Assembly (NCBI GenBank): GCA_963825865.1
Contig: CAWGVG010000003.1
Span: 32,001 to 96,000 of the forward strand
DNA: 64,000 nt
Direction of reading: 5' to 3'
DNA from: an uncultured Nitrososphaeraceae archaeon
GTDB lineage: Archaea > Thermoproteota > Nitrososphaeria > Nitrososphaerales > Nitrososphaeraceae
Shown in pieces: positions 10,950 to 23,118 of this stretch. A model generated the notes under the pieces. It saw nothing but the letters and a program-made list of their open reading frames with translations. It did no database searches and was not told where the DNA came from. The translations under genes and the position numbers were made by a program. Numbering within the stretch: the stretch's first letter is position 1; each line of letters starts with the position of its first letter.

Positions 10950-12437
10950 GGTTTCTACACCTTATTTATTAATTCATCTGTTATCCATGAAAACATCAAA
11001 CGTACATCAAGATTCATTGGAGGATAAGATGATGCTGAAAATATTTGAAAAAGACCGGCGTATATCTACTTGTACTTTTCAATAACCCACGACAATCTGG
11101 TCTATTAAAGTGCAGTATACTATACTAAGACAGGAAGCTATTGGTAGTGATTTCTTGTGTTGTTCATATAGTTTTCTTCACAATCACGAATACTCTGTCA
11201 AGTTTTCGAATAGTCTCAAGAAAGTGTGTTGCGAGTATATATAAATTGAGTTAGCCAAATATAAAACAAATAGCATTTCTATCTTACAAAAAAATATTTA
11301 AATTAAAACGTATTATAATTAAGGATCTAATCGAAAGATAAGTCAAGAGATAAGCTTAAGCTAAGCTTTGATATTTCAATAGAAAATAAGGGTCAAAAAG
11401 GGAATGTTATTCTGATTTTCATAATATGATAAACTCCAAAAACTTATGTCTGCCATAACACTTTGATTATCATTCAGCATTTTGTTATGTGTAATTATCT
11501 CTGGAACTGCTTTAGTTTTTTTTCTAATATTTTTGGTATGGATATGTAATTTCGTGTAGATTTGGAATAAACACAAATTAATTTTTGTTTAGAAAAAGAG
11601 ATAATCCATCAAATTCATTTCTGGGTAATATGTATAAACTTGGCTGATAAGAGTCTATAAGTTTGAGGATCTGCTTATCATTAGTTTTTATCCACAGGAT
11701 AGCGTGTTCATTATATATTATCAAACACTGCCATCTCTATTTTTGAATTCATGAAGTTGATGCTGACATATTTAAGATAATTATCGATAATATCAAATGA
11801 AGTGAAGTTATACATTTATCTGTTAAAGTATCAGTTGCTATTACCAGATGATAATAAATAAAATGACTAAAAAACTATCTTTCTCTATATTCTGTTAATA
11901 TGGTAATTGCAAATATAATACTATAATAATTTAATACAATCTGCTTTATCTCAGTCATTGATATATATCTAAAAAACTGCAGCATAATTAGCAAGTGGTT
12001 GCAAAATCACTTGTTAATTTATTTAATTTTTGTTATGATGATTAAACACGACTAAGTAAATTTTACAATAATGTGAATATGAGTAGATCTTAGAACTATT
12101 TGTTATGTTTCTAGGACTCAAGCTAAGAAGTACAGGTGACAAGACGTATCTGATAACATATGGTTTGGTCCTTTCACGCTCAAACATATTCACATTCATG
12201 TCTGATTGAATCAGCTTTAGGCGTTATCTTTGCTTAACTTGACAGGACCCAACTTACTCCAGCTGGCGTTGGTGTACTTGTGCTTGATTGACTATGTTCC
12301 ATTCTCTGATGTGAGCTCAATCCCTCTGCATTACTAACCAAACCCACGTGTACAAAAACCATGACAATAATAAGACGTTAGTTAACAATAGCCTGAATGA
12401 AGAAGAATAGAAATTAAATGTAATACACTTAAAATAC

Positions 12438-12767
12438 CTATTCCGTCTTTTTAATATCTATTAAAAGTCGCTCTCCTACTTTAGGGCTTCCTATCTTTTC
12501 ATATCGTCTCTTTGGCATTGTAATCTGTATGACCGTTTGAGAATATGTTTTGATTAAAGTCTGAGGTTGAGATCCAAGAATAGCTTCTAAAATTGGTTTG
12601 ATCTGCTGTTTAACTTCTTTGTCAGTGACTGCTCGCTCAATGGCCTCTAACATCAACTGCTGCTGAGACACAGACTCAAGCTCAACGTCTTCACAGAGAG
12701 AGAGAGTGACGTTTATGCCTGTATCCGTCATCTGATTAACTTTATATCGAATTACCGAATTTTCCAA
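12438..12767 (-). CDS. Hypothetical protein (possibly arcadin-1-like)
   Basis: 109-aa ORF ending in ITMPKRRYEKIGSPKVGERLLIDI; family call is tentative. Confidence 0.6.
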   Translation of the reverse strand: MENSVIRYKVNQMTDTGINVTLSLCEDVELESVSQQQLMLEAIERAVTDKEVKQQIKPILEAILGSQPQTLIKTYSQTVIQITMPKRRYEKIGSPKVGERLLIDIKKTE

Positions 12768-13178
12768 GGCATGGTTATCTGGAATCGATAATTATTATTA
12801 GTATCGATTTTAAATCAGTGTGGGCTCTCACAAAAAATATGGTATCATTTTTATGCTTCTTTTCTTAATTTGGCTAACTCATCTAGCATCTCACATTTAG
12901 TCTAGAGAATGCTTTTCGAAAATAGATCACAATATAACTCAAATGCTTGTAGATCTGAATCCAACATCCATCTTTTTCATCCAGACATAATTAGAACCGA
13001 TATCCATCTTGAAATTTCATTAACAATGAGTAACAAATTATATTGACCAGTATAAAATTTCGTTAATGTATGAACACGTAAGTGATTAGCACTATCATAA
13101 ACATCTGTACTAGAGTGAGTGTCTACGCAAGTAACATTCAGCAAAATTTTAAGTAAGTAATATTCTCATATACATATA

Positions 13179-14043
13179 GTGTCCTTCAATAATTTCCAAT
13201 GTTTAATTGAGGATTGGAAAGTTAATGTTGTAAACCCTGTCGTGTCCTCAAATGATGCTGATGCGTTAGCAGGATATGCTCTACATCTTTCAAGAATTCT
13301 TGCATACCCAGATTTGAATGTTAATTCCACTTTAAAAAAAATAGATGCTATGGGCGAAGAACTTAGGCAATCAATAAAGAAATTCATGCCCTTACGCCCA
13401 ACACAAATAATAGAAAAAATTAACGAATATCTTTTTAGAGACAAAGAGTTTAAAGCAAACATCCAAGATTATTACAATCCACTAAATAGTTACCTTAACA
13501 TCGTTTTGGAGCATAAATCTGGCATTCCGATATCTCTTTCAATACTATATATGCGAATGGCTTACTGCTTGAATTTTAAATTATATCCCATTAATTTTCC
13601 TGGTCACTTTCTAGTTAAACATATCTTGGATAGTGACAAGAATGGGATTATAATTGATCCATTTAATGGCGGCAGAATAATGGATGATTATGCACTTAAA
13701 GCATTGCTTGATCAGTTATATCCACACCAAAACATCCCTTTGACTCGTGCGTTTGTTGAAGAAGCAACAGGCAGCAGGAGTTATGATACGGATGCTAAAT
13801 AACTTAAAGGAAAGCTATTATGAAGCACAAGATTTGAATAAAGTAGAAGTCGCAAATGAGATGATAATTGCCATAGATCACTATAATCCGGATGCCATAA
13901 GAGACAAAGGTATGATACTACTAAAGGGACGAAAACCTCTAAAAGCACTTGAAATGCTAAACTTGTATCTTGAACTAGATCCGGAAGCAGAAGACGCAGA
14001 TACTGTTCTAGACATAATCAAACAGATTCGTACATCCAAATAG
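13179..14043 (+). CDS. SirB1/transglutaminase-like domain protein with C-terminal TPR (frameshift near 13770)
   Basis: DYYNPLNSYLNIVLEHKSGIPISLSILY, NFPGHFLV, IIDPFNGG; second frame IRMLNNLK...IRDKGM (TPR). Confidence 0.88.
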
Positions 14044-14528
14044 GCAAAGTAGATTTTTTTAATATCAAATTTTCAATTTAATTTACTAGTCTCTAGAGTG
14101 AAGAGAAAAACGCATCCCAAGCTAATATACCTACTCACATAAATTCGCAGACTCTCATCATGTATTTGACGATATTCAAATTGAAGCATTTTGTCATATA
14201 GTAGTCTGTAATAGCTGATTTTAGATTTGTAAACCTGGGATAGTATTTTTGATATCAATAGATCATCTTTTCCCTGTTTCCAGCATTCTTCTACTGCGCT
14301 GAATTCAGGCAATCTTTTTTGATGGTATTCAACTGTCATGACATCATTATTTCGTTCTAGAGACAAAGCCATTAAACCATTCTACTCATTTTTGTTAGGC
14401 AGTATGGTGTTGATGACTTAAATTAAATTGCAAAGCATCTTTATGTTCTGCTATTTCTCGTTAAGAAATTTAACCCAATGAAGCTAACAAACCTCTAATT
14501 TTAGCCATGAAAGCATAAATGTCAAATG

Positions 14529-15526
14529 TGCTTTGTTGCATGATTAATCATCTTGTAAGTGATACTTATTTGACCACTCACCATTTAGCTTGCTAGTATT
14601 AATTATTCTGGTATGGTTGACTGGCCTTGCTATAATGAATCACTAGTTAGGCGTGGTCAAGTACTCTTGGATTTTGATGTACTTGATGGATGGGATCATG
14701 AATTATGTCAAATGAACCTTGGTAAGGTTGGTGAGCCCTACTGCTACCCAAATTCATTTATTCAGCTTCTAGGTTACATGAGAGCATATTTCCATCTACC
14801 ATATAGACAAACACAGGGTGTAGTCATAGCTCATGCAAGTAAAGAAGTATCAAACACACCACATTATAGTACCATTAATAGACGTATAAACAGGCTAGAG
14901 ATTAAAATCGATGAAAAATTAGGAAATGATATTGTCATTGCTTTAGACAGCACCGGCATTAAGGTAGCTAATCGAGGGGAATGGATGCACCACAAATGGC
15001 ATGTCAGAAAAGGATATCTAAAGATACACATAGCAGTTGATATCGAGAAGAAAAGAATTGTATCTCTGGAGGTAACAAGTGAAGAGGTACATGATGGTAA
15101 GATGCTAAAGAAGTTAGTAGACAATGCTTCTGAAAATAATAATCTGAAGGGTATATTAGCAGATGGTATGTACGACAACAATAAGAATTTTAGATACCTA
15201 TCAAAGAACCACATTAAGCCTGGTATAAAGACAAGAAGTAATTCCAAGGTCAAGTCAACTAACTGTCATGCTAGGAATATGTCTGTAGTAAGACAACAGA
15301 CAAACCTCAAAAAATGGAAGCGTAGCGTGAGCTATGGGTACAGGTGGATAGCAGAAACAGCATTCTCTTCCATTAAAAGAACATTTGGTGAACATGTAAC
15401 AGCTAGAAAGTTTCCTCACATGGTAAAAGAAATCCTCCTAAAGGCAGTCTGTATAACATGTTCAATCGAATGACCTAGCTAACGGTTTGCATAACCTAAA
15501 ATCCTAATGAATTATGCAACAGAGCA
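14529..15526 (+). mobile_element. IS5-family (IS903-like) insertion sequence, copy 2 (998 bp)
   Basis: Same TIRs as copy 1; own 8-bp TSD GTCAAATG at 14521-14528 and 15527-15534. Confidence 0.95.
14613..15473 (+). CDS. IS5-family DDE transposase (C-terminus altered by a 1-bp deletion)
   Basis: Nearly identical to 2317..3186; GCAGTCTGT versus GCAGCTCTGT shifts the last ~10 residues. Confidence 0.92.
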   Translation: MVDWPCYNESLVRRGQVLLDFDVLDGWDHELCQMNLGKVGEPYCYPNSFIQLLGYMRAYFHLPYRQTQGVVIAHASKEVSNTPHYSTINRRINRLEIKIDEKLGNDIVIALDSTGIKVANRGEWMHHKWHVRKGYLKIHIAVDIEKKRIVSLEVTSEEVHDGKMLKKLVDNASENNNLKGILADGMYDNNKNFRYLSKNHIKPGIKTRSNSKVKSTNCHARNMSVVRQQTNLKKWKRSVSYGYRWIAETAFSSIKRTFGEHVTARKFPHMVKEILLKAVCITCSIE

Positions 15527-16000
15527 GTCAAATGTACTAATTATAGCATATCCAATCATTACTATATTATGCACCCAAGTAATAGTAATAAAAAAGTAAT
15601 ACTAAGGTTATCTAAAATTCAAAGCAATTATTATCTAGTTTAAACCATTCTACACGCATATCTGCATCATCACTTGCTACTAATTTCCTGTTTGGTTGGT
15701 GAAAGAGTAGAACAAACAGTATGGATCCAGAAGACTCAGCACCAATTTATATTCAAGATTCATCAGTGACCCCCGAGTTATGCTGCAGGGTTTTATATAT
15801 ATATTCTCTAGTAGAGAGTTATCTATATGTTATAGAGAAATAATATCTTAGAAGAAGGTTACAGTCAAGGTAAAATACATGTGACGACTTACCATCGATA
15901 TTAAAAACAGTGTAGTAAATATATGCAAATCGATAAAAGTTAATGATTGAGAGATTAGAGCGGAAAGGTTATACTGATAAAATGAAAATTAGTATAAGGT

Positions 16001-16318
16001 ATGCAGTACCATAAGGCTGCTTTCATGGGACAGGAAAGAGCAAGAAGAGCTCAGATGAAACTATTCTACTATGCGGGATTTGCGATGCTAACTTACACTA
16101 TCAAGCAGCGAAAGTCAAGATTTGAACCTGTAGGGGAAGAAATGCTTGTCGGTAAAATGGTTAGAGGTAATGAAGCACTACTATTTATCTGCGATGAGGA
16201 TGGTTATGCAAAAGCACAATCAAAATCTTTATCGATACAAAAGGGAGAGGAAATTTATACAAAGATGATAAAAGACGGAATTCCAGAATTTAAAGGTGAT
16301 ATCAAGACCATTTCCTGA
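16001..16318 (+). CDS. Conserved hypothetical protein
   Basis: 105-aa ORF with ATG start and TATA-like upstream sequence, convergent with pyrH. Confidence 0.7.
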   Translation: MQYHKAAFMGQERARRAQMKLFYYAGFAMLTYTIKQRKSRFEPVGEEMLVGKMVRGNEALLFICDEDGYAKAQSKSLSIQKGEEIYTKMIKDGIPEFKGDIKTIS

Positions 16319-17025
16319 CTATTATAATTTCAGTACCGATGCAATGTTTGCCTTCGACTGCATTTTTTATATTAGATACATCTGATAGCAATATTCTGGT
16401 AGGAATATTTGACCGTTCTATCACTTTCAGTGCAACAATGTCCATAAGGTCATATGTTCCAGCCATGGAACTTCCAGCTCCAAGCAGACTTATGCATTTC
16501 TTGACTGTAATTTTTTTGAATAATTTTGCATTTCTATTGGTATTTGGATCGGAGTTATAGATACCGTTAACGTCAGTTGCATTAAGATATTTTGATGCCT
16601 TTACCTTTTCAGCTATTAATGCGGAAGTGGCGTTAGTACTTTGACCAGGGTGTAGACCACCTGCAATTACTATTTTACCACTTTCTGCTGCCTATTGCCA
16701 CTTCTTCAAGATCTGTTGGAACTCGTAAATATGCGTCGCCCCTTAAAGCAGCTATCAATAATTTCGCGTTCAACCTTGAAACATCGATTCCCATCATATC
16801 TAGACTTGCTTCATCTAAACCGAATTTTCGTCCAAGATTGATATACTGACGTGCAATTTTGCCACCACCAGTGATAACTATTGGCTGTACCTTATTGTGG
16901 ATATGAAATAACATTTCTGCGTATTCTTTAATTGCGTTCTTCTTTGCATTTTGGCAGAAGATACTGCCGCTTAATTTAATAACTACTCTCTTTTTTTCGG
17001 CAGTTATTCTAGTATTATTATTCAT
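16302..17025 (-). CDS. pyrH: UMP kinase (frameshift near 16685)
   Basis: VVIKLSGS, ITGGGKIARQY; manual second frame GGLHPGQSTNATSALIAE...NATDVNGIYNSDP...AGTYDLMDIVA, stop at 16302. Confidence 0.93.
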
Positions 17026-18285
17026 ATGTTTGTCCCCTTATAGATTGATTCTTCATTGCCAAGTACTTTTTTGATTGATTGCTCTACTGCCTTTCTGTTC
17101 TCAGCAGTTGTATATACTCTCAGCATATCAAGAAAGCCTGTAATAGAATCTATTAGTGGAATCTCTGCGATAGGAGTTTCATAAGCCCATTCTTTGTCAA
17201 CAAGTAATACTGAGCTTATTTCTTTTTTGCTAGGAGTCAATGGCATAGATGGTGCTCTTGATGCATCAACAAAAATGGATTTTTCTTTTACTTCAGCAGT
17301 CTCAGCTATCTGTAACCCTATATCATACAATTCTTGCCTTTCCATCCTAGTGTATAACTTATCGCGCTTGTGCACAAATTTTTCATAAACACATTTCAAC
17401 AATCTTCTTGTCCTATAATCTACTGCTAGTTTGATTGCATTTTCGTTCCCAGTCTTTAGCGAACAAATGCGTTCTAGAGTAACTTCATCAGTCAGATTTA
17501 GATAATTATCTAAAGATGTATCTGTTAAATTCAATTGTTCGTCTGCCAATATCATTGAATTCAATAGCATAACCTCTGCAGATCTTACAGTTTTATGGAA
17601 ATAGACTGCCTTGAACATTTCATATCTAGAGATTAACATCGATTCAAAAGAATACAGTGCAGATCTGTTAATAGCTAAGTGTCCATTGGACACCACTTCA
17701 AATGAACTTATCAGCCTGTGATAGTCAATTTTTCCTGTACTCTACTCCTGTAAAGAATCCATCTCTTGACAAATAATCAATGAGATCAGCTGAAAGTCCA
17801 CCTGCAATAATCTCATTGAAAAACTTTATCTTGGATTCACCAAATGATAACTTACAAATATCGGATGAATTGTAACCATGCGTTTTTAAAATGTCGCTGA
17901 TCTCGCTCCTAGATATAATTTGCTTTCCCATATCTTCATGGCTCATCTTACATCTTAACTCCAATACTTCCTCAAATAAGTGAGAAAAAGGTCCATGACC
18001 TATATCGTGTAGCAATGCAGCCAACCGCAATTTCTGTACTTTATCTTCATCATCGATATATCCTTTGTTAAGAAGAATTTCCCCTGCATAGCCAGCTAGA
18101 TGCATTGTACCAAGAGAATGTTCAAATCGAGAATGCTGTGCACTAGGATAAACTAAATGCGCTCCAGCAAGCTGTCTGATTCTCCTCAGACGTTGGAAAA
18201 TTGTAGAATCTATGAGTTCTTTCTCCACCTCAGAGAAACGTATGTATCGATGGACTGGATCAGTAATCTCACCATCAAACTTCAT
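17022..18285 (-). CDS. HD-superfamily phosphohydrolase (SAMHD1/dNTPase-like; frameshift near 17730)
   Basis: DPVHRYI, FQRLRRIRQL, HSRFEHSLG, LLHDIGHGPFSH, ADLIDYLSRD; C-terminal part RYEMFKAVYFHKTVR. Confidence 0.92.
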
Positions 18286-18509
18286 AATTATGCTGTCAAT
18301 TGTTTGCGGCGGCAGAAATTAAATGTGACGAAGTTAAAAATGACTGGATGAATTGTACTTGTTCAAATAAACGGTATTTGAAACTAGTTGTAACTCTGTT
18401 AACTTCAATTCATTCTGAATTATCTGAGAAACTACGATTCGGATTGTAAAGCCTGTATTTATAAGAGATGAGGATATAGAACACATCTACTTCTGCCAAT
18501 AATTGCCAA

Positions 18510-18712
18510 TGTATTACAATCACTTTAGGCCCAGGTGGCTATCAAGTTATGGAGGTAAGTACAAATTTCTAGTAGTGATGCTGCCGCTTGTAATAATAAT
18601 GGTCTTGGTAAAGATGTTCTTTATGATAGCGCTCGTTTTAGTATTAGGTTGCTCTGGTACCATAGCAGCGGGTGATTAAAAGACCTGCACAGTTACCAAT
18701 TCTGCAGAAGAC
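18510..18712 (+). pseudogene. Remnant of a prealbumin-like-fold secreted protein domain
   Basis: Manual translation ITITLGPGGYQVMEV ... GCSGTIAAGD*KTCTVTNS, with stops and frameshifts. Confidence 0.5.
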
Positions 18713-19208
18713 ATTGGCTAAGCCTGTAATCCCCAAACCTGTGAGGCTCGTCATGTAGCTCTGTTTGAATAGCATCTAGCTCTTGCGGAGTTTTACCTTC
18801 AGCTAGGCGAGGTTGAGAAAGATTATCTACAACTGCTAACTAAAACATTACTCATTTGGGTTGCTGTGCCTCTTCAATTTGCGTCAGTTTCTCTTCAAGC
18901 GTTTGGACATACATGATCGAAGGGCCTTCTGACGATAGCTTGAACTGTGCTTCACAGCAATCTTTGCCAACTTGAGAGCTGCCAGCCTTTGAAAATAGGT
19001 TACATGCTCGTCGCTTGATTCGTAACAGCATTCTTTTAGGGCTGTTCTAATCCCACCTATGCAACTCGTACATGAAAGGCAGCGTTTCTATTATAGCATG
19101 ATTTTTTGTTTTAGAGCCATCGCGCTATGTAACCTTTTCACATGTCGTCGTTCCATTAGAAATACTAATCTTATATGATCTTTGTATATCATCCTAAAGG
19201 AAATTAAA

Positions 19209-19799
19209 TTATACCTTGATTTTTTTTACAATCTTCATTATATCTTGATGAACATCGTCTTTACTTTTCTCACCATTGATCATCTTCCATTTGAATTGTC
19301 TAGCGAGTTTGCGGTAATTCTTGTGTACATCTGCCAACAATTTTCGATCCTTTTCAAATGCATCAGGACATTCTACTGCTCGTTGATATGATACCTTAGG
19401 GTTAACTTCAAGGATAATCACCAAATCTTCCTTTGGAAGACCCTTGTCTAAGTTTAATAGCCAGTTAATATTCAGACCATTGGAGATACCATAAACAAGA
19501 TTTGATTGATAGTATCGATTCAATATTAATATTGTGCCATTATCCATCATACTCTCTATTTCTTTCTTCTTCTCCCATCTGTTAGCTGAAAGGAGCATAT
19601 GCGTTAGTTCAGCAGGATAATCGCGCTTGCCGTCTAAAAAGGCCCTGATTTCCGCTCCAATATGTGTGACGTAATCAGGAAAATCCATTATGACGCAAAT
19701 TTTACCTAAAATTTTCAGATCATCCATGAGTAGTCGAGACTGAGTTTTCTTACCTGCTTTGTCCAATCCTTCAATGACTATAATCTTGCCTTTTCGCAA
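19209..19799 (-). CDS. tmk: Thymidylate kinase
   Basis: P-loop IEGLDKAGKKTQ, FPDY, ANRWE, NRYYQSNLVY. Confidence 0.93.
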   Translation of the reverse strand: MRKGKIIVIEGLDKAGKKTQSRLLMDDLKILGKICVIMDFPDYVTHIGAEIRAFLDGKRDYPAELTHMLLSANRWEKKKEIESMMDNGTILILNRYYQSNLVYGISNGLNINWLLNLDKGLPKEDLVIILEVNPKVSYQRAVECPDAFEKDRKLLADVHKNYRKLARQFKWKMINGEKSKDDVHQDIMKIVKKIKV

Positions 19800-20018
19800 T
19801 AATTGATTTGTGAATTAGCAATAATAAAAAGATGTTGAAAGTAATTTATATAATTACAATAATAGATCAAAAGATTTACAATATATATAAACTCAAATTG
19901 ATTCTTTAAAGAATAAGAAAAGGCTTCTGCTAATCATGACGCGCTATACACCACGCACACTAGAAGTATTCTTTATTGAAGGTTCAGAAATCGACAAAGG
20001 AGGGTTTAATTATGCAAA

Positions 20019-20492
20019 TTAAATATCGAATTTTTTGGATGAACGCTTTATATTGTCAAGCATAAAATCCATTTCTAGAGAAGTATATTTCGGCCTATTC
20101 TTAAACATAGAATGAACTGGTCCAGCTCCATCACCAATATTCCTCGGAATAATATGAACATGAAGATGAGGTATATCCTGTCCTGCTTCTTTGCCATTAT
20201 GGATGGCGATAATTGAAGCGTTAACTCCAACAGCGTTTTCTACTGCTGCAGATACTATCCGCAGAAGATCAAATACTGCGTATGAATGCTGTGCATCCAT
20301 ATCTTGGATTTTAGAATAGTGTGATTTTGGAATAATTAGTGTATGCCCTGCAGACAACGGGAAAGCATCTAAGAATGCAATGGCCTTATCATTCTGAGTG
20401 ATGATTTTTGCATGGAACGTGCCAGCGACGATTTTACAGAAAATACAGTTTTTTAAATCCAGCATAAGCACTTGCTGCATGTACATAATCAA
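20019..20492 (-). CDS. HIT family protein
   Basis: CIFCKI, GHTLIIPK, AGQDIPHLHVHIIPR. Confidence 0.95.
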   Translation of the reverse strand: MIMYMQQVLMLDLKNCIFCKIVAGTFHAKIITQNDKAIAFLDAFPLSAGHTLIIPKSHYSKIQDMDAQHSYAVFDLLRIVSAAVENAVGVNASIIAIHNGKEAGQDIPHLHVHIIPRNIGDGAGPVHSMFKNRPKYTSLEMDFMLDNIKRSSKKFDI

Positions 20493-20635
20493 AAAGAAAT
20501 TAATGTTTGCCTTATTGAATATAAACCCAAACTCTTTTTGTTGCTTTGATTGGAAATTGTTGTCATCTTCTGGGTAGGATTGGGAATTTTAAAGCATCAC
20601 CAACTATAACATTTATTTTCTCTGAAAGACCAGCA

Positions 20636-20860
20636 TCAGCTACATTTTTTCTTTGGTTTGGTTTTGGTGGAATGAATTATGGGTAGTTCAAAGACAGCTA
20701 TCACAAATTGAGCCAGTTCAGGGGGAAGCTCAAGGCTACCAAAAAAGCCTTGATTGACTGAGATACTTTCAAACTTTGGTAATGCAGCCACTATAAATGC
20801 AATTTCAGACATAACCCTTATTGGAAGAGGTCCAAACAGTAGCAACTTTCTTGGAGTCAT
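20636..20860 (-). pseudogene. Truncated DoxX paralogue
   Basis: FGPLPIRVMSEIAFIVAALPK matches the N-terminus of 1037..1513; similarity is lost after ~55 aa. Confidence 0.75.
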
Positions 20861-21431
20861 CTCGAAGGGAAAAACGGCTTATATCTCCAGGTAGCTAAAC
20901 TCCCCCATTATGAATCCTGTTCTTGGAGTGGATATATCACTGCGATTAATGTCTCTATAATTTGGCGGTCAGTCAATCATAATCGTTCAGAAAAAAATAC
21001 TTTTGGACCAAAATTATACCTTTGCGTTGCGTTTGAAGTACAAAAATAACAAATTTCTGGACATGGTTGTACTGAATCAAATATTACCAAAGAGAATGAT
21101 CGGCGGCTTGAGTTATATAATCTGATGAAGAGCGTGGGTAAAACTTAATAGCAATAGAATAGTCTTCCATAATAAGTCAGTCCTCAAGATTGAAGAGGTT
21201 CAGTTAACCCTGCATTAACAGAATCACAATGGCTAACCTTGCTATTACAAAGTAATGTGCGGGATTTCTGAGTGTAGTATTAGAAATATTCTTTGAGTTA
21301 TTTTCTTTACTCTCTCTTTAGCAGTTTTCAGAAGACGATCAAAATTCTATATAAGCATACAATACTAGTTGTACTTGCATAGTTTATCTTCATTTTGTTA
21401 TCATTAAGGATATATCATCTGAATGCTTTTG

Positions 21432-22844
21432 TTAATGATGTGGCTGTGCTTTTGTTTGAGCTATGGTATTTAGTCTAGCAAGTTTTGCGTTAGAAGATAC
21501 GTATTGATTAATATCCTTTTCAATAGCCACAAAAGGTCTTTCCTTCTTTGCGACGAATCCAATTATCGTAGGTTCAAAGTTATATTTTCGTAAATCTTCT
21601 ATGAACCAAGTTTGCTACGTCTTTTGTTGCAACTATTAGATGACAGCCGTTTGTAGTGGCGGTAGCATTCTCCACTAGAAATTCCTTTGTCGCGAACTTG
21701 CCAATTTCTTCATACTTCATTGGAATCTCATTAATCACAATGTGAGGAATTTGTTAAATCTGCAAGTTTTCCTATAGCAAAGATGCCGTCTGACGCAACA
21801 GGATGGACAGCAGTTATGTGCGTATGCTTATCAAACGCTATACCAAAATCAGGACAATACTTTGAAATTATTTTGCCTAGTGTAAAGCGAGGTTCACTTA
21901 GACTTTTTATAGCCTCGTCTTTTGCTGAAGAGAGAGTATTTAGCAAGATATTGTTTTGCTCAAATTTGACTATGTTACTATTATCCATTTCTGTTAACAT
22001 ATAAAGGCTAACAGGTGGAATTGCTCCAAATTTATTTGAAATAATAATCTGCATTCCTTCCTCAACTTGATCATACCTAGTAGGCAATTCCTTCAGGGTA
22101 TTTGCGATTGCAGTTGAACCAAAGAAAAGTTTACCGATCTTAACGGAACTGTAGTCTTCCATAGCAAGATTATATCGTGAAGTGAATGCATCAAGATTTT
22201 TTCTAATATTGTCTAGCATTTCTTCAGTTGGCGCATCGTATATAGGAAATAATTTGAACCCTGACGTGCATCCAAGGAGATTTAGGTTTTCTGTGGCGAG
22301 CCGTCAAAGCAATATTACTGTGAATTTCAGATTCTGGACTCTGGGTCGGATCTGTTATTTGAGTAGTGGAATTATTAGCTGGTATATATCCAACTTTATT
22401 GCCTCTATGCAACTCGATATAATCTAGAAGTGCCCATTGCGCTTCTGGATATGTTGTTAGAGCCATAGTGATTTTTTTTACTGCAACCTTTGAATGAAAA
22501 CTTCTCAGGAACTTTTGAAGTGCTTCTGATAGCAATGCTGGATCCTCTCCAATTTCTGTGTGAATTCGAAACATAGAAAGCGCTCGTTTAATTTCAACTT
22601 CTTTTTCAATAACAGGGGTATCAAAATTGTATACTCTTCGAGTAAGTTCAGGAGGTCTTCCGTCAGTATAGTAAAAAGAGTCAAACCAGTCAGGAGTTAG
22701 CTTTATGCTACTTCTTTTGATCTCCTTTAAAGAAGATTGAAGTAAACTGCTATCAACCTCATTTGAACACATTGGAATCCATCGTAGAGGGTCGAAACCA
22801 AGATGTCTATATTCTTCTATAAGCCCCCAAAAATTTTCAGTCAA
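21432..22844 (-). CDS. SelD-related / AIR-synthase-fold protein (3 or more frameshifts)
   Basis: ORFs 22224..22844 and 21731..22219 plus a manually read tail (INEIPMKYEEIGKFATKEFLVENATATTNGCHLIV...FEPTIIGFV, stop at 21432); N-terminal YRHLGFDPLRWIPMCSNEVD, TQITDP, LNLLGC and EEGMQIIISNKFG fit the archaeal SelD-like family. Confidence 0.7.
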
Positions 22845-23118
22845 TCATAACCTCTCCTAACAATCACTTTATCCTGATTTTCTAATGTGATATATAACAT
22901 AACACTTGTTAATAAACAAATTTTTGTATAATAAATCTAATAAAATATCAAAAATCGACCTAGGTTATGATTATTAGGATTCTGGATCGACATGTTACGT
23001 GTACAAACCTGTATTATATCTTGTGTTGATTTATTGTAGTTACTTCAATTCTGAGGACAATAATTATAAGCCTACTATATGAATAATTACCTATGCTGGC
23101 ATGACGCCAAGATAACAT

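Noticed and set aside
11000-12400. Long AT-rich gap as a possible replication origin or ncRNA locus
   Set aside because: No ORB-like repeats, no adjacent cdc6/orc1 and no stable structure seen; at most a weak secreted-protein remnant near 12150-12400
14073-14372. 99-aa minus-strand ORF beside IS copy 2
   Set aside because: No recognisable motif; may be a remnant, and support is insufficient
2233-15526. Composite transposon bounded by the two IS copies
   Set aside because: Each copy has its own distinct TSD and the outer flanks (CTGTTTAT versus GTCAAATG) do not match, so these are independent insertions
21100-21150. Hammerhead-like CTGATGA core
   Set aside because: No flanking stems or correctly placed GAAA could be formed
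21432-22844. Selenocysteine (UGA) read-through in the SelD-like gene
   Set aside because: The active-site codon is Cys, and the breaks are frame changes rather than in-frame UGA codons
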